Source: Octopus vulgaris
Lineage: Eukaryota
NCBI GenBank assembly: GCA_951406725.2
Contig: OX597828.1
Span: 35,154,001-35,218,000, forward strand
DNA length: 64,000 nucleotides
Direction: 5' to 3'
Positions 40,880 through 55,370 of the stretch are shown in pieces. The stretch's first letter is position 1, and every line of letters begins with the position of its first letter. Below the pieces are notes generated by a model. It did no database searches. It was not told where the DNA came from and worked only from the letters and a program-made list of their open reading frames with translations. The position numbers and the translations under genes are program-made.

Positions 40880-41883
40880 CAATTGCATTATAAAGGTATA
40901 CTCACTTATACAGACGTTGTGATAAAGAAGCTTGCTTTTCAACCAGCTGATTTTGGGTTCAGTCCCGCCACGCGGCACAACGTACTAGTAAATTCTACTG
41001 ATACCCCGGATCGACCAATGTCTTGCGAGTAAATTTGTCAGACGGTAACTATGTGGAAACCCGACTATACATACATTCATATATATATATCAGTGATGAC
41101 TGCGGTACTTAGGCTCTTCGGGCTTAGCTTGAGTATAAATTTAGTAAAGAGAACGTGTATTTTCAAGCTGATTTAATCTCTGCCAACACTGACTTCAAGT
41201 ATGTAATTGCAGCCAATAACTCAGGCTCCTTTTTTTGAGCCCGGTCGCAGTTCATTTATTTGCGTTCAGCATCTGGTGGTCGTCTTAGAGGTGCCCTGTG
41301 TCCAAAAATATAATTCATAGCAGACATCCTCTCAACATCGTTCACACGTGCCTGACTCAGGCTCAGAAGTTACAGCCTCAGTTGTTATCTATAATCGTAA
41401 AAATTAAAAGTAATTCAAATTCAATTTTTTCTTGAAACAATAAATTTCTATAGAGATTAGGATTTAAATTCCAATCTATGAATAGTTTCCGTTCTACAAT
41501 ATTCTTAAAGGAACGAAAAAGTATCCACCAACTCGGGCTAATACAAACGAGCCTGGTAGGTGTAAAAGACTAACCGGCATCTCTTGTCAAGAGGACAGAC
41601 AACAGTCAGATCGGTGATGTTTGCTGTGCACTCCGTGGTCGTTATTTGATTGCTGTTGTTCTGTGTGTCTGTGCGCAAAGATCAGTTGTGTTTTGCAGGG
41701 TTGCATTATTTTAACCCTTAACTAAGAAATGGAGAAAGACATAGTGCTAGATATAAAACAAATAAGCCATTTGGGGTTAGAAATAATGCGGGAAAATGGG
41801 AAATTCTTCGAGCAGGAATGTGTCTTATGCGAAATTTGTCATGAACTCGAGTGATGCTGATGACCTGGAGTCGCCTCCGATGT

Positions 41884-41945
<62 letters not shown>

Positions 41946-41971
41946 ACACACATACACTCACACACACACAC

Positions 41972-42177
41972 TGTGACCGCGTGTGTACCGTTGGCGATTT
42001 TTTCCCCTCTGTCTTCCCTTCTCTGGATCTTTCCTTTTCCTATGTTTCTGACGAAGAGCTCCGCTTGAAACGTTAAACCCTACTTCTTCCTTTCCTTCCT
42101 GGGCGTCCAATAATACTATATTTGTTCCACGTCCTCGCGTTGTTGTGTTTTCTCTTTGTGTTTTTATGTTTGGATTA

Positions 42178-42180
<3 letters not shown>
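41972..42180 (+). mobile_element. Short hammerhead-containing PLE-like element, copy 2
   Basis: Homologous to 17362-17550. (CA)n upstream, (TA)n downstream. Confidence 0.75.
42044..42078 (+). ncRNA. Minimal type I hammerhead ribozyme
   Basis: GTTT-CTGACGA-A-GAGC-TCC-GCTT-GAAA-CG-TT-AAAC. Stem I GTTT/AAAC, stem II GAGC/GCTT, and the palindromic ACGT stem III typical of PLE minimal hammerheads. Confidence 0.7.
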
Positions 42181-42237
<57 letters not shown>

Positions 42238-42447
42238 AAAACGAGTAGGCAGAAATAATGGGTATATATACATTCATTTATTATTATAGACACACAGCTG
42301 TTTCAGATATACCTTTCGGTGCTTTCATGGTTCAGTTTTATCAATCGATCGAATGAAGATATAAGGAACCATGGGCAAAATGGTATCTTTCTCTCTATAT
42401 ATTAATAATATATATAGAGAGAGACAGACAAAGAGACAGACAGAGAC

Positions 42448-42528
<81 letters not shown>

Positions 42529-43270
42529 CATACATACATACATACATACACATACGTACATACGTACATACATACATACATACATACATACATACATACA
42601 TACATACATACATACATACATACATACATACATGCATACATACATACATACATACATACATACATACATACATACATACATACATACATACGTACATGCA
42701 TGCACACGTACATACAAACACACACACACACATGTATATATGATACAATATTTTAGTCTTATAACAGCCAGTTCATGTTACCGAAAGGTTTCATGTTGGA
42801 GAATCCACCAACACTTAGAAGGATACTTTATGTTGAAGATACCGTGTGTGTGTATGTGTGTGCTTGTGTGTGTTTGTGCGTGTGTGCGTATGTGTACACA
42901 CGACACACACTAGTGCATACATACGCAAACATGCGGACGCGTGCACACACGCACACACACACACGCACACACATACACGCACACATATATATATCTTTTT
43001 GCATATGTGTATGTGATGTGTGTGCGTATACATACATACACATACATACATACATACATACATACATACATACACACATACACACATTCGTGCACATACA
43101 CACATACATACATACATACATACATACGTGCACATACACACATACATACATGCATACATACATACATACATACATGCATACATACATACAAACATACATA
43201 CATGCATACATACATACATACATACATGCATGCATACATACATACGTACATACATACATACATACATACA

Positions 43271-43304
<34 letters not shown>

Positions 43305-43857
43305 CATACATACAGATGTTGGTGTAGATATATACGCATACATACATCGCTATTTTCCCCCCAAAACTAAGAGGTTGTCAATATTACTTTATACCTGTAT
43401 GCATTTTTTTGTAGTTGTTGTTGTTGTTGTTCCAGTTGTTTGAGAAAACTTTCCATCATGGGGGGGGGGGTTGCTGATGCCTCACCATTTTATTCTACTT
43501 TAAAATCTTTGTCATTTTCTTGGAATGTTGGAAATTCCCCTCTCCTAACCTTTAGATGCCAGGCTGCCATACATTCGATATTTACCTACCTTTTAAGTGG
43601 CCATATTTTATACCTTTATAAAATTGCATTCATTCTTTGTATTCTACGCTTGTTTTATTGATTACGTTTTGGTGTTTTTGCCATTCCTTTGCGTTGAAGG
43701 TGGTCCTACGCAGTAGTATGTCGATGAGTAAGTGTTTATAAGTGTTTCGTTAATTATTTATACTATTGGAGACTATTGTTTCGAAGGTTGTAAGAGAGTA
43801 AAATAGAGTACAGACAGTAACCCCGTCTGTTGTTCAAATCACGTTTGATGATGATGA

Positions 43858-43927
<70 letters not shown>

Positions 43928-44048
43928 ACTTACTTAAAAATGGACGGCGTACAATCAAATAATATAAATAATATATATATATGTATATGTATGTGTGTGT
44001 GTATAAACATATATATGCGTGTATATATATGTATATAAATATATATAT

Positions 44049-44445
44049 GTGGCTGTGTGGTAAGTAGCTTGTTTACCAATCACATGGTTCCGGGTTCAGT
44101 CCCACTGCGTAGCACCTTGGGCAAGTGTCTTCTACTATAGCCTCGGGCCGACCAAAGCTTTGTGAGTGGATTTGGTAGACGGAAACTGAAAGAAGCCCGT
44201 CGTACATATATATATATATATATATGTATGTGCGTGTATGTTTGTGTGTCTGTGTTTGTCCCCCTAGCATTGCTTGACAACCGATGCTGGTGTGTTTATG
44301 TCCCCGTTACTTAGCGGTTCGGCAAAAGAAACCGATAGAATAAGTACTAGGCTTACAAAGAATAAGTCCCGGGGTCGAGTTGCTCGATTAAAGGCGGTGC
44401 ACCAGCTTGGCCGCAATCGAATGACTGAAACAAGTAAAAAGAAAA
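44049..44445 (+). mobile_element. SINE family A, full length, CpGs largely intact
   Basis: A box TGGCTGTGTGG, B box GGTTCAGTCCC, complete body and tail. Confidence 0.92.
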
Positions 44446-44458
44446 AAAGAGAGAAGAT

Positions 44459-44510
<52 letters not shown>

Positions 44511-44528
44511 TATATACATATATTATAC

Positions 44529-44562
<34 letters not shown>

Positions 44563-44598
44563 AACATATATACATATATGTGCATACATACATATATG

Positions 44599-44655
<57 letters not shown>

Positions 44656-44675
44656 TATATACATCATATATATAC

Positions 44676-44725
<50 letters not shown>

Positions 44726-45078
44726 ATATATACATATATTCATACATACATATATGTGTATACATACATATATGTGTATATAGGTATGTATGTGTGTATG
44801 TATGCAATCGTAGACAACGTGAAATACGAAAATAAAAGTTGGGTACGCAAACAACGAGAGAAACAAATGGAAAACAAAACAAGTAACATAAAAAATGACC
44901 CTTCATCAGTTGTCGGCTGTCCTCTACTCCTTATTTCGAGCAATGAACGACAATATACGATTTTGAAGGCAGTTGCTCCCGCGTACCAAAATAAAATTTG
45001 GGATTTGTGGAGGGTCAAAGTCGGTAACAAAGACAGGACATACAACAAACACACACACACATACACATACATTAACAA

Positions 45079-45124
<46 letters not shown>

Positions 45125-45197
45125 GCACATTGTCTGTCTGTGCATGTTCTTACACATGTGACATGCATAGGCATGCACAATGCATATATGTGTATGC

Positions 45198-45307
<110 letters not shown>

Positions 45308-45330
45308 GGATGGATGGATGGATGGACGGC

Positions 45331-45387
<57 letters not shown>

Positions 45388-45404
45388 GGATGGATGGATG
45401 GATG

Positions 45405-45451
<47 letters not shown>

Positions 45452-45899
45452 GGATTGATGGATAGATAGATAGGCTTACAGGTAGAAAGTCGGTCAATCG
45501 GTTGGTTAATCAATAAATCGGTGATTCGATCAGCATATCTTTGTGCTGCATACAAGCCTTTGGTCATGTATTATTCACAAACATATTACTTATAGACATG
45601 TTTATCCATTTTCTAATGTCGAAAAGTTTGCATTTATATTTATTTTGGAGCAGATTCGTGAGCATACATAATGCGTACAAAAAAATATTTGTACACGTAC
45701 ATTGTCATATGTATATAATTCATGTTGATGTATGTGTATACATATATGTGTGTGCGTGAGAGAGAGAAAGAGGGTGTGCGTGTGTGTGCATTTGTGTGTG
45801 TATTTGTATGTGTGTTTGTGTTTGTGTGTGTGTTTGTGTGTGTGGGTTTACTTGAGTGTGTCTGACATGTATGCTATTTGTATTATTCGTAAATTCTTG

Positions 45900-46490
45900 T
45901 ATATGTAACGGTGAGGTGCATTTTCATTCTTCATATGTTCCGGCAGAATCGAACGCGAATATGTTAATCGCTACCGTGTACGTCATATGAGAACAACTTC
46001 CTTTTACGACGACAATGAGTTTGTAACACACTCAGCTCATGGACGCAAGTGATTTTGAGACACAGGTGTTTCAAAATATTTTGTCTCGTCAGTCAGAAGT
46101 ACCTGGACCTTTGAAACTAAACAACTCGGTGACTTAGTTTATAATTTCCGTCAACAAACTATTTTCTGATCAGTGCTGATATCTCCTAATCGATAAAAAA
46201 TAATCGTTATGTGCACTGTGAACAGCGAGGTCTGAAACAATGATTTGCAAGCATATTCTTAATATATTCCAACAGATTTAAATACAAATATGATAGTGAT
46301 TGTTGTGTACGTCACAAGAGAACAAGTCCTCTTTTTCACAATGGCAATGTCTTCCTAAAACACACATATTCAGAAATAAGTGATCTCTAATCAATGGAGC
46401 AAGAATCAATTTATTTCCCAGTGATTTAAAAATTTCTTCAGAATAACCTGAAGTTACATCACATCAATACAAAACCTGATCAATTGGAAC
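45900..46490 (+). pseudogene. Putative heavily decayed cadherin-repeat coding relic (about two repeats)
   Basis: Diverged internal duplication with 329-bp period. Broken translations include HSSYVPAESNANMLIATVYV, DNEFVTHS, KYLD/FETKQ, TVNSEV, YS*YIPTDLNTNMIVIVVYV, NGNV and FFRIT*SYITSIQNL. Confidence 0.4.
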
Positions 46491-46891
46491 AGTATTGTCC
46501 GACGCCATCTTGTAACATCAACTCCTTTGGCAAGATATGGAGACAAGTTTTAGCTAAACAGGCTGACAGGATTAAACCATATGTGTATATCATCGACTTT
46601 GTTTCAATCATTGAATGGTGGCCACGCAGGGGCTTCTCCTATAAGGGCTTCGTCCAGTCATGGGCAAACCGCAGCCACTTTCTGGATGGCCCATCTAATT
46701 TCACAAGGAAAATAACGATTATCCAAATTTTGTGTAAGGTTTCATTCTCACTTGTTCACTCAAGCTTTCTCTCTCACTCTCTCTCTCTCTCCCTCTCTCT
46801 CCCCCCTCTCTCTCTCTCAGTCAAAAAGGTTGGAATGAGCTAGTATCAAAGAATGATAATAATTACATACCTGTTTAACCGCCCATATTAA

Positions 46892-47337
46892 CCCTTTCGT
46901 TACTGTATTTATTTTGAGATGCTCTGTGTTTCTTTCAATTACTTAAATATAAAAAAGAATTTAGTAAAATAACCTAGTTAACATTAAGTTGGTGTTAGGA
47001 ACACAAATTGTGACTAAGGTTTGTTGAAAGGTCTTAATTCAAAACTTTTGAAAACAAAACATTTGTACTGCAGAGCCAGAAGTGGTTTCAGCTGGGTTAG
47101 TATCAAAAGGGTTAAATTAATAATTTGTTAACCCTGTTGAGATGTTCTGTGTTTCTTTCAGTTAATTTTAAAATATAACCAACAATTTAGTAAAATAACT
47201 TAATTATCATTAAGCTAGTGTTAGGAACATAAATTGTGACTAAGTTTTGGTGGAAGATTCTAATTCAAAACTTTTGAAAACAAAACATTTGTACTGCAGA
47301 GCTAGGTGCTGTTTCAGCCAGGTTGGTATTGAAAGGG
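46892..47337. mobile_element. Two tandem piggyBac-type MITEs (46892-47111 and 47132-47337)
   Basis: First copy TTAA-CCCTTTCGTTACT...AGTATCAAAAGGG-TTAA. The second copy is homologous and starts TTAA-CCCT. Confidence 0.8.
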
Positions 47338-47571
47338 TTGTTGCATTGTGGTTACCTGCCTTGTTTTTTTGTTTTTAAATGTGGGCTCAAATGTAAATTA
47401 GCATCTGTCAGCTGCTTGATGATGAACCATGTCTGGCTTAGTCAGTTTGTACTTATTTTATTGCTGTTTTTTACTGAACCACTAAGTTATAGAGATGTTA
47501 ACAAAGAAACGCTTGTTGTAAAACAGTTTATGGAAACAAATACAGGTACAGAAACCCACACTCTTAGATAT

Positions 47572-47975
47572 CCTTTTACTCTTTTACATGTCTCAGTCAT
47601 TTGACTGTGGCCATGCTGAAGCACCACCTTTAGTTGAGCAAATCGACCCCAGGACTTATTCTTTTGTAAGCTTAGTACTTATTCTATTAGTTTCTTTTGC
47701 CAAACTGCTAAGTTATGGAGACATAAACACAACAACATCGGTTGTCGAGCAATAGTGGGGGAAACAAACACACACGTACAAACACACACACATGCATACA
47801 CACACACACATACGATGGGCTTCTTTTAGTTTCCACCTACCAAATCCACTCACAAGGCTTTGGTCGGCCCGAGGCTATAGTAGAAGACACTTACCCAAGG
47901 GGCCACGCAGTAGGACTGAACCCGGAACCATGTGGTCGGTTAGCAAGCTACTTACCACACAGCCACTCCTGCACC
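47572..47975 (-). mobile_element. SINE family A (flanked by older fragments at about 47445-47550 and 47990-48125)
   Basis: Homology to the family, with partial CpG decay. Confidence 0.88.
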
Positions 47976-48982
47976 TATATACACACATTTTTATTCAGTT
48001 TCTATCTACCAAATACATTCACATGGTTTTGGTCAGCCCTGGGCTATAGTAGAAGATATTTGCTGAAGGTGCTGCACGAAGGAACTGAACCTGGTACCAT
48101 GTGGCTAGGAGACAGGCTTCTTAGCAATCCAATTATATATACACCTCAGCTAAATAAGTAAACATAAAATGTAAATGTATGTATACACATGTATATATTT
48201 ACATGGAGGCAACAGAATTTGATCCTAAAGAATATTCTTGTTACATTGAGAAACTAACATGAATAAATTAGATGAAAATTGGTTCTCACAACAACAACAA
48301 CACTTTAAAAAAAAAACAGGAATAAAATACAGAAAATTTGTAAAAATAATATAAATAATAATAGAATAATCGTAAGAGATAAACAACAGCTAAACAAATT
48401 ATTAAAAAATAACAAGACAATAACAAATATAAACATAACAAAAAACACAGGACTGAGATCTATTTCTGATAAAAGTCTTGTATTTCACTATGTGTATACA
48501 TTACACATAAAAAAGAGAAAAAAACAAAAAATAAACAAATACAAAAAAAATCATAGAATGTAAATATAATATAATAAAAGACGGTAACTTTAAGGATCTC
48601 TAAAGCTGCGAGCCTTAGTAAAAGTTGAGTCATAGCTTTTAGAAATATATAGAAATAGCAGATTCCGGGATCTGTGGAGAGGGAGAGAAAATATATTCCT
48701 TGGACCAATCATACTTGGAGTTTATAGTATAAGGAGTAACTGTGATGGTCGCCACACCAACCAACCAACCTGCCTGCCTGCCTGCCTGCCTGCCTGCCAG
48801 CCTGCAAACCAGCCAGCCATCCAGCCACTAGCTGCCGGCCCTCTAGGGACGATGGAAACAAACACGCAAGTGATGCATGCTTATGCATGCCACACATGCT
48901 TGCTTGCACATGTATGCACATGTGTGCTGGTGAAGCACTTTTCCCAAACACTGCATCATCACCCACACACAGCTGTAGTATA

Positions 48983-49024
<42 letters not shown>

Positions 49025-49139
49025 GTGTGTGTGTATGCATATGCATCTATGCACATTATACGCCTACACACATGCATACACATGCATGAATATGTATGTA
49101 TGCATATATCTTTGGTCTCAAATATCTGTATCTATCTAA

Positions 49140-49200
<61 letters not shown>

Positions 49201-49221
49201 CATATACATATATATATACAT

Positions 49222-49314
<93 letters not shown>

Positions 49315-49417
49315 GTATATATCTAACTATGTATATACATACAGATAGATGGATGGGTTGGTATGTATGTATGTATGTATGTAGGTAGGTAGGTAGGTAG
49401 GTAGGTAGATAGACAGA

Positions 49418-49451
<34 letters not shown>

Positions 49452-49983
49452 TAGAGAGAGAGATAGATAGATAGATAAATAGATAGATAGATTGACACAT
49501 AACTAGATAGACAGATTGATAGGCAGAGAGAGAGAGAGAGATGCTCGTGGACAGAAAGGAAAAGCATTATATATAATAAGCACACTAAGTTTTTACGAAA
49601 TTCCATTTGCCAACATTTAAGAATTTTTCTTTGTAATCACAAAGTAGCAGGTTCAATCTAAGCTCGCAGTTTGTTATGTGAGTGACTTTAATGGAAATGA
49701 CATATATTGAGCCTAGTTTTTTAGTTAATGCAATTAGGTGGATGCGAAATTAATTGTCGGCCTACTGATGAACTGCACCCACAATAAAATAGGGACATTT
49801 TATCACTCACTATGTCCTAACTCATTGTTATGATTGAGGACCATGAACTGATTAGTGAGAGTCTGTGCACTGTCAACCAATTATATGTATAATTCAATGT
49901 GTTTGACGTTCAGTTGAGTGAACAGCAGGAAACCTTGCTCACCATTGAAACCCATGGCGAATTCATTCTCATTTCATATATAT

Positions 49984-50044
<61 letters not shown>

Positions 50045-50309
50045 ATATATATATAAAAGTATTAATGTGTGTGTGCATATATACATATATATATATATAT
50101 ATATATGCATATGTGTGCGTGTATGTATGTATATATATATATATGCATATATGTGCATATATATATATATATATACATACACTATATATATATATATACA
50201 CACACATATAAATACACACACACACACATATATATATATAAATGTATATGTGTATAAATAAGTATGCATATGTGTGTGTATATATATATGCATATATATA
50301 TATACACAC

Positions 50310-50370
<61 letters not shown>

Positions 50371-50695
50371 TACACACACACACAAACACACACACACACA
50401 CACATAGATATATATGCGTGTGTAATAGATTAATAGCAATGATTATGATTTTTCATATACAAACAACATTAAACATATGAAGATGTATGAACTGAGTTAT
50501 GGCTAAATCTGGTGCCATAATGAACATGCTTGGCTGCAAGGCAGAAGGACTCACTTGTATTCTCACAAGCAATCATGTAATTACTTGCCTTCACTCATAT
50601 ATATGTGTGTGTGTGTGTCTATGTGTCTATGTGTGTGTGTGTGTAATATGATTGTCATATAGGAATATATATATATCTAATATATTTGTCACACG

Positions 50696-50739
<44 letters not shown>

Positions 50740-50747
50740 CATATACG

Positions 50748-50795
<48 letters not shown>

Positions 50796-50863
50796 TATAT
50801 GTATATATATATGTATGTATATATATGTATACATATATATATGTATATATATATATATATATG

Positions 50864-50924
<61 letters not shown>

Positions 50925-51104
50925 CCGCGGGACCACTCTTCCATCTTCCTCGCTGGAGTCCTTCCTATATATATGTACACACACGCGCAACATATACACA
51001 CATATATACATATATACACACATTATATATACTAATACTACCAAACACATACATATATTTTTTGTTTTGTTACCTCGCCTCACACACACACATACACACA
51101 CACG

Positions 51105-51328
51105 CATCCGCCTTTCACCATGTGCTACTCCTAACACCAGCCGCTTTTTTTCTCTATCTCCGTTGCCCGCTCCGGGATCTTTCTTTCCTCTCTCTTCCTT
51201 CTTTATGTTTCCGACGAAGAGCTCCGCTCGAAACGTCATACCTCCCTGCTTCCATTCCTGAGCGCTATTAATAATAATACTGTAATTGTTCCCTTGTTGT
51301 TGTTTTTTTGTTTCCGTTTGGATTAAAT
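51105..51328 (+). mobile_element. Short hammerhead-containing PLE-like element, copy 3 (divergent subfamily)
   Basis: TATGTTTCCGACGAAGAGCTCCGCTCGAAACGTCA core at 51204-51238, with shared CCTGAGCG..AATAATACT..TTGTTCC..TTGTTGT..TTTGGATTAA downstream. (CA)n and (TA)n flanks. Confidence 0.72.
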
Positions 51329-51358
51329 TATATATATATATATATATATGTAAACATA

Positions 51359-51459
<101 letters not shown>

Positions 51460-51464
51460 ACATA

Positions 51465-51556
<92 letters not shown>

Positions 51557-51989
51557 GGTTTCTGTGTATGCCTAATAGCACGTTGATTCACAAATGCAGT
51601 ACTGGAAACCAAATACAAAATAAACAGAAACAAAAACAAAATCATTAAAAAAAAATGTCCGATTGTTTGGACATTTAATTATGACTCAGAATTAAGCATC
51701 TGAGCAATCAGATTTGTTCCCCCTCTTTTCTGTTAACCATATGTAAAACTTTAAATAATGCATATCTGATTCAAACTATTAACACCGATATTTAAATTCC
51801 ACAACACATTACTCTCTGTCTCTCCTTTTTATTTCCATTTGAACACTTATCTCTCTATCTATCTTTTATTTTTTTTGAAAAGAAAAGCTCTACATTGTAT
51901 TTTGTCCCTTCTGTGTTTGGCCCTGTGTGGCTTATAAAGAAACATTTCTATCTATTTATCTATCTATCTATCCATCTATCTATCCATCC

Positions 51990-52044
<55 letters not shown>

Positions 52045-52198
52045 CATATATATATATATATATAACTATCTATCTATTTATCTCTCTATCCATCAATCTA
52101 TCTATCTATCTATCGGTCTACACATATATATATGTATGTATGTTATCTATCTATCTATATATATATATATAACTATCTATCTATTTATCTCTCTATTC

Positions 52199-52234
<36 letters not shown>

Positions 52235-52315
52235 GTCTACACATACATATATATATATGTATATGTGTGTGTATATATATATATGTATGTATGTGTATAT
52301 ATGTATGTATATATG

Positions 52316-52352
<37 letters not shown>

Positions 52353-52453
52353 CTATCTATCTATCTATCTATCTATCTGTCTACACATACATATATATAT
52401 GTATGTGTGTGTATATATATATATGTATGTATGTGTATATATGTATGTATATA

Positions 52454-52516
<63 letters not shown>

Positions 52517-53316
52517 GTATGTATGTATGTAAGTATGTATGTATGTATGTATGTACCTATATATATTCCTATGTACACTCCTGTAATACCCTTGTACACA
52601 TACAATAATATATGTATTAAGCGTTGTCTTGATATAAATTTGTTTTTTTTTAATCTGAAATATTGAATTACAGAATAAATATATGAACAAGCATTGTTCA
52701 TATTTTGTCTTCCTTTTTCCTATTGTTTGCACTTCTTTGTTTCCATATTTGCATTGTAGTGGCTTTCTGAAACTGTATTTTTCTGTATTTCACAATGCTT
52801 CAGCGAAACTATATATTGTATGCATACATATAGACAGACAAACGGGCAAATAGATTGACAGACAGATAGATAGATAAATAGATAAACTAAGATAGATAGA
52901 TAAACAGATAAATAGATAGATAAACAGACAGGTACATTGGTAGATAAAGAGACAGGCAGAGAGAAAGAGAGACAGAGAGAGAGGGAGAGAGAAAGAAAGA
53001 GATAAATAGACAGAAGGATAGATAGACAGAGGCAGGCAGGCAGACAGATATATGTTTTATTTCAGACCCCAAATCAACCCTGATAATGCAGACTATTGGA
53101 TAATATATTTCAGAGATGGGCTTCTACACAGTTTTCATCTACCACAAGGTAAAAGGCATTTGCCCAAGGCGCTATGCAGTGAGATTGAACCTGGAACCAT
53201 GTGATTGCAATGCCTACAAAATAATCAAAAAAATGTAGAGCAAATAGAAGAAGGGGAGTCAATGTAATAAGAAGCTGAGAAATACCGAAAGGTCACAGGA
53301 AACAGAAGTAAATTAA

Positions 53317-54110
53317 CCTCTTCAATACCAACCTGCCTGAGATTGCACTTGGTCCTAAGATAGAAATGTCCCTTTTTAAAATTCCTTCCTTTCTTCCTAT
53401 CCCTTCACTGAGTAGTAGTTGGGGCTTTCATTGATGACATGGTAACCAGATTTCATCACTTCTTTTAGTATACTGCTGCCCTTCGTGAGTCAGTAAAATT
53501 GAGGCCTGTCAACTCATTGATGTTAACCTGAGTGATGATCCATCTGATATGGGTTCAAGTCTGGTTGTCATCACCATGGAGGTATCATGGACAAGTTAGC
53601 CTGGCAGTGCCCATTCCTCTTCCAGTTGATAGCCACAACTGTATGCCTCTAACTGACACATGCTTTGGTCCCAAACACTATGCTGTTGACCCGAGCAAGT
53701 TTCTACACTCTAACCAGTGACTCCTTGGGAAGCCTTACCCAAAGCCTTCTGCCTACTGGTGCAGTGTTAACACCATCACCTCAGGTGGTTTACCCCACCA
53801 GCTGAAGTAAGGTACCTGGGTGTGGGGTACCAGGAGCCTTCAAGTGAGAGATTAGGAGTTGAATGAGGACCCAATGATGCCTGTCCACCTGACCACCTCT
53901 GGCAAGGTATGCAGTTGAAAGACACCAAAGGTATTGCTTCTATTCAGAGCCCCCTACTTCACTTAATTTAAAATCTTCCATTAAAATCTCAGGTTAATCC
54001 CCGCACCATACACCAGTTTAATAATGATGAAGTTATTTTGCTAAATTCAAAATTATTTTCAAAATAAATTGAAATAAAGAATTGCAGTAAAAAATATGGT
54101 AGCAAAAGGG
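53317..54110. mobile_element. piggyBac-type MITE split by a retroelement-derived insert (about 53385-53960)
   Basis: TTAA-CCTCTTCAATACCAACC ... GGTAGCAAAAGGG-TTAA, related in reverse orientation to the 46892 and 47132 MITEs. The insert contains an RTE C-terminal relic on the minus strand at about 53440-53530 (NINELTGLNFTDSRRAA, like DNIKEWTGL...RAA). Confidence 0.6.
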
Positions 54111-54114
54111 TTAA

Positions 54115-55137
54115 AGAGAAATTGGAGAGCAAGGAGAGAAAGAAGAGTCAAAGCAAAGAGGATGAGAGAGAGGGGGGAGTAGTGAGAGTATCAAGGAAAA
54201 TGCAGTGGAAACGAAGTAGAAACAGAAAATGAATTGTGGAGAGTGGTGGGTAAGGAGTTAAATGAAAGTGAAAGTGTAGGGATTGAGGGGGAGAGGGCAA
54301 GGCGGGGAGTGGGAAGAGGAAATAGAGGAAAGAGGGAAGGTGTTAATGGGTGTGAAGTTTGGGAACTTAGAGGGGAAGAGACTAAGAGAAGAGCTAAGAG
54401 TATAAGGAGAGTACAAAAAAGAGAAGAGTGTGGAGAGAGGGAGAGAGAAGGAGAGAGAGAAGGAGAGAGGGAGGGAGGAAATATATGAAGACAAAAAAAA
54501 ATGAAGGAGGTGGTGAAGAGCAAGAAAAAGTTTAGAAAGCAAAGGTGAGTAAGGAAGGTTCAAATAAGGACTGTAAAGGTGAAGAGGGAGAAAGAGAGAG
54601 AGAGTGAGAACGAAAATAAATTAGAGAGAGAGAGAGTGAGGGAGAAAGTGGAGAAGAAGGGGGAGATGTGACAGAGAGGAAGAGAGTAACTGGAAAAAAA
54701 GAGTAAGGATGATAAGAAAGAAGAGCAAGGTATAAAGACACTGTGTGTGTGTGTGTGATTGAGAGAGGGTGAGAGGGGAAGAATGAGAGACGAGAAGAAA
54801 GAGAGGAAGGGTGAGGAGTAATGTGAAAGAGACAAGCAAAATGAAATGAGAAAAGGACAGAGGAAAGATGAGGGAGTGAAAGAGAGTGGAGAAAGGAAAG
54901 AGAGTGAAAATGAGGTAAAAGGAATGTGTGAGAGAGAGAATTTGAGCAAGATAATGATAGAAGGAATTTGATGGAGAGAGAGAGAGGGAGAGAGAGAGAG
55001 GCAGAAGAAATATGATAAAGAGAGAGAACAGACATAATAGGGAGAAAGAGTGAGATAGAGAGAGACAGGTAGACAGACAGAGAGAGAGTGAGAGCGAAAA
55101 CCAAGACAGAAGAAATATGATAGAGAGAAAACATAAT

Positions 55138-55170
<33 letters not shown>

Positions 55171-55370
55171 TACAGAGATAGTGAGGAAGAAGCAGAGAAA
55201 GATGTGTTAAAGAGAGTGAATGCAATAGAGAGATAATTTGATAGAGAGAGAAAGAGGCAGAACAATATAGATATGAAGGAATGTAAGAGAGAGAGAGAGA
55301 GAGAGAGAAAGAAAGGGATAATTAGACAGAGAGGGAGTGCAAGAAGACAAAGAGATGTGATAGAGAGGTG
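54115..55370. repeat. Degenerate purine-rich (GA) low-complexity tract
   Basis: Strong strand asymmetry in A and G. A similar tract lies at about 58720-59310. Confidence 0.85.

Noticed and set aside
42290-42392. Minus-strand TCTGAAACAGCTGT with a possible stem II (similar half-motif CGAAACAATAGTC at about 43770-43790)
   Set aside because: No CTGANGA box upstream, so at best these are remnants of hammerheads.
46474-46512. Minus-strand AAGATGGCG start with MASDNTVPIDQ followed by GT
   Set aside because: Weak donor (GTTTTG), no downstream exon found, and it lies at the end of the putative cadherin relic. It could be chance.
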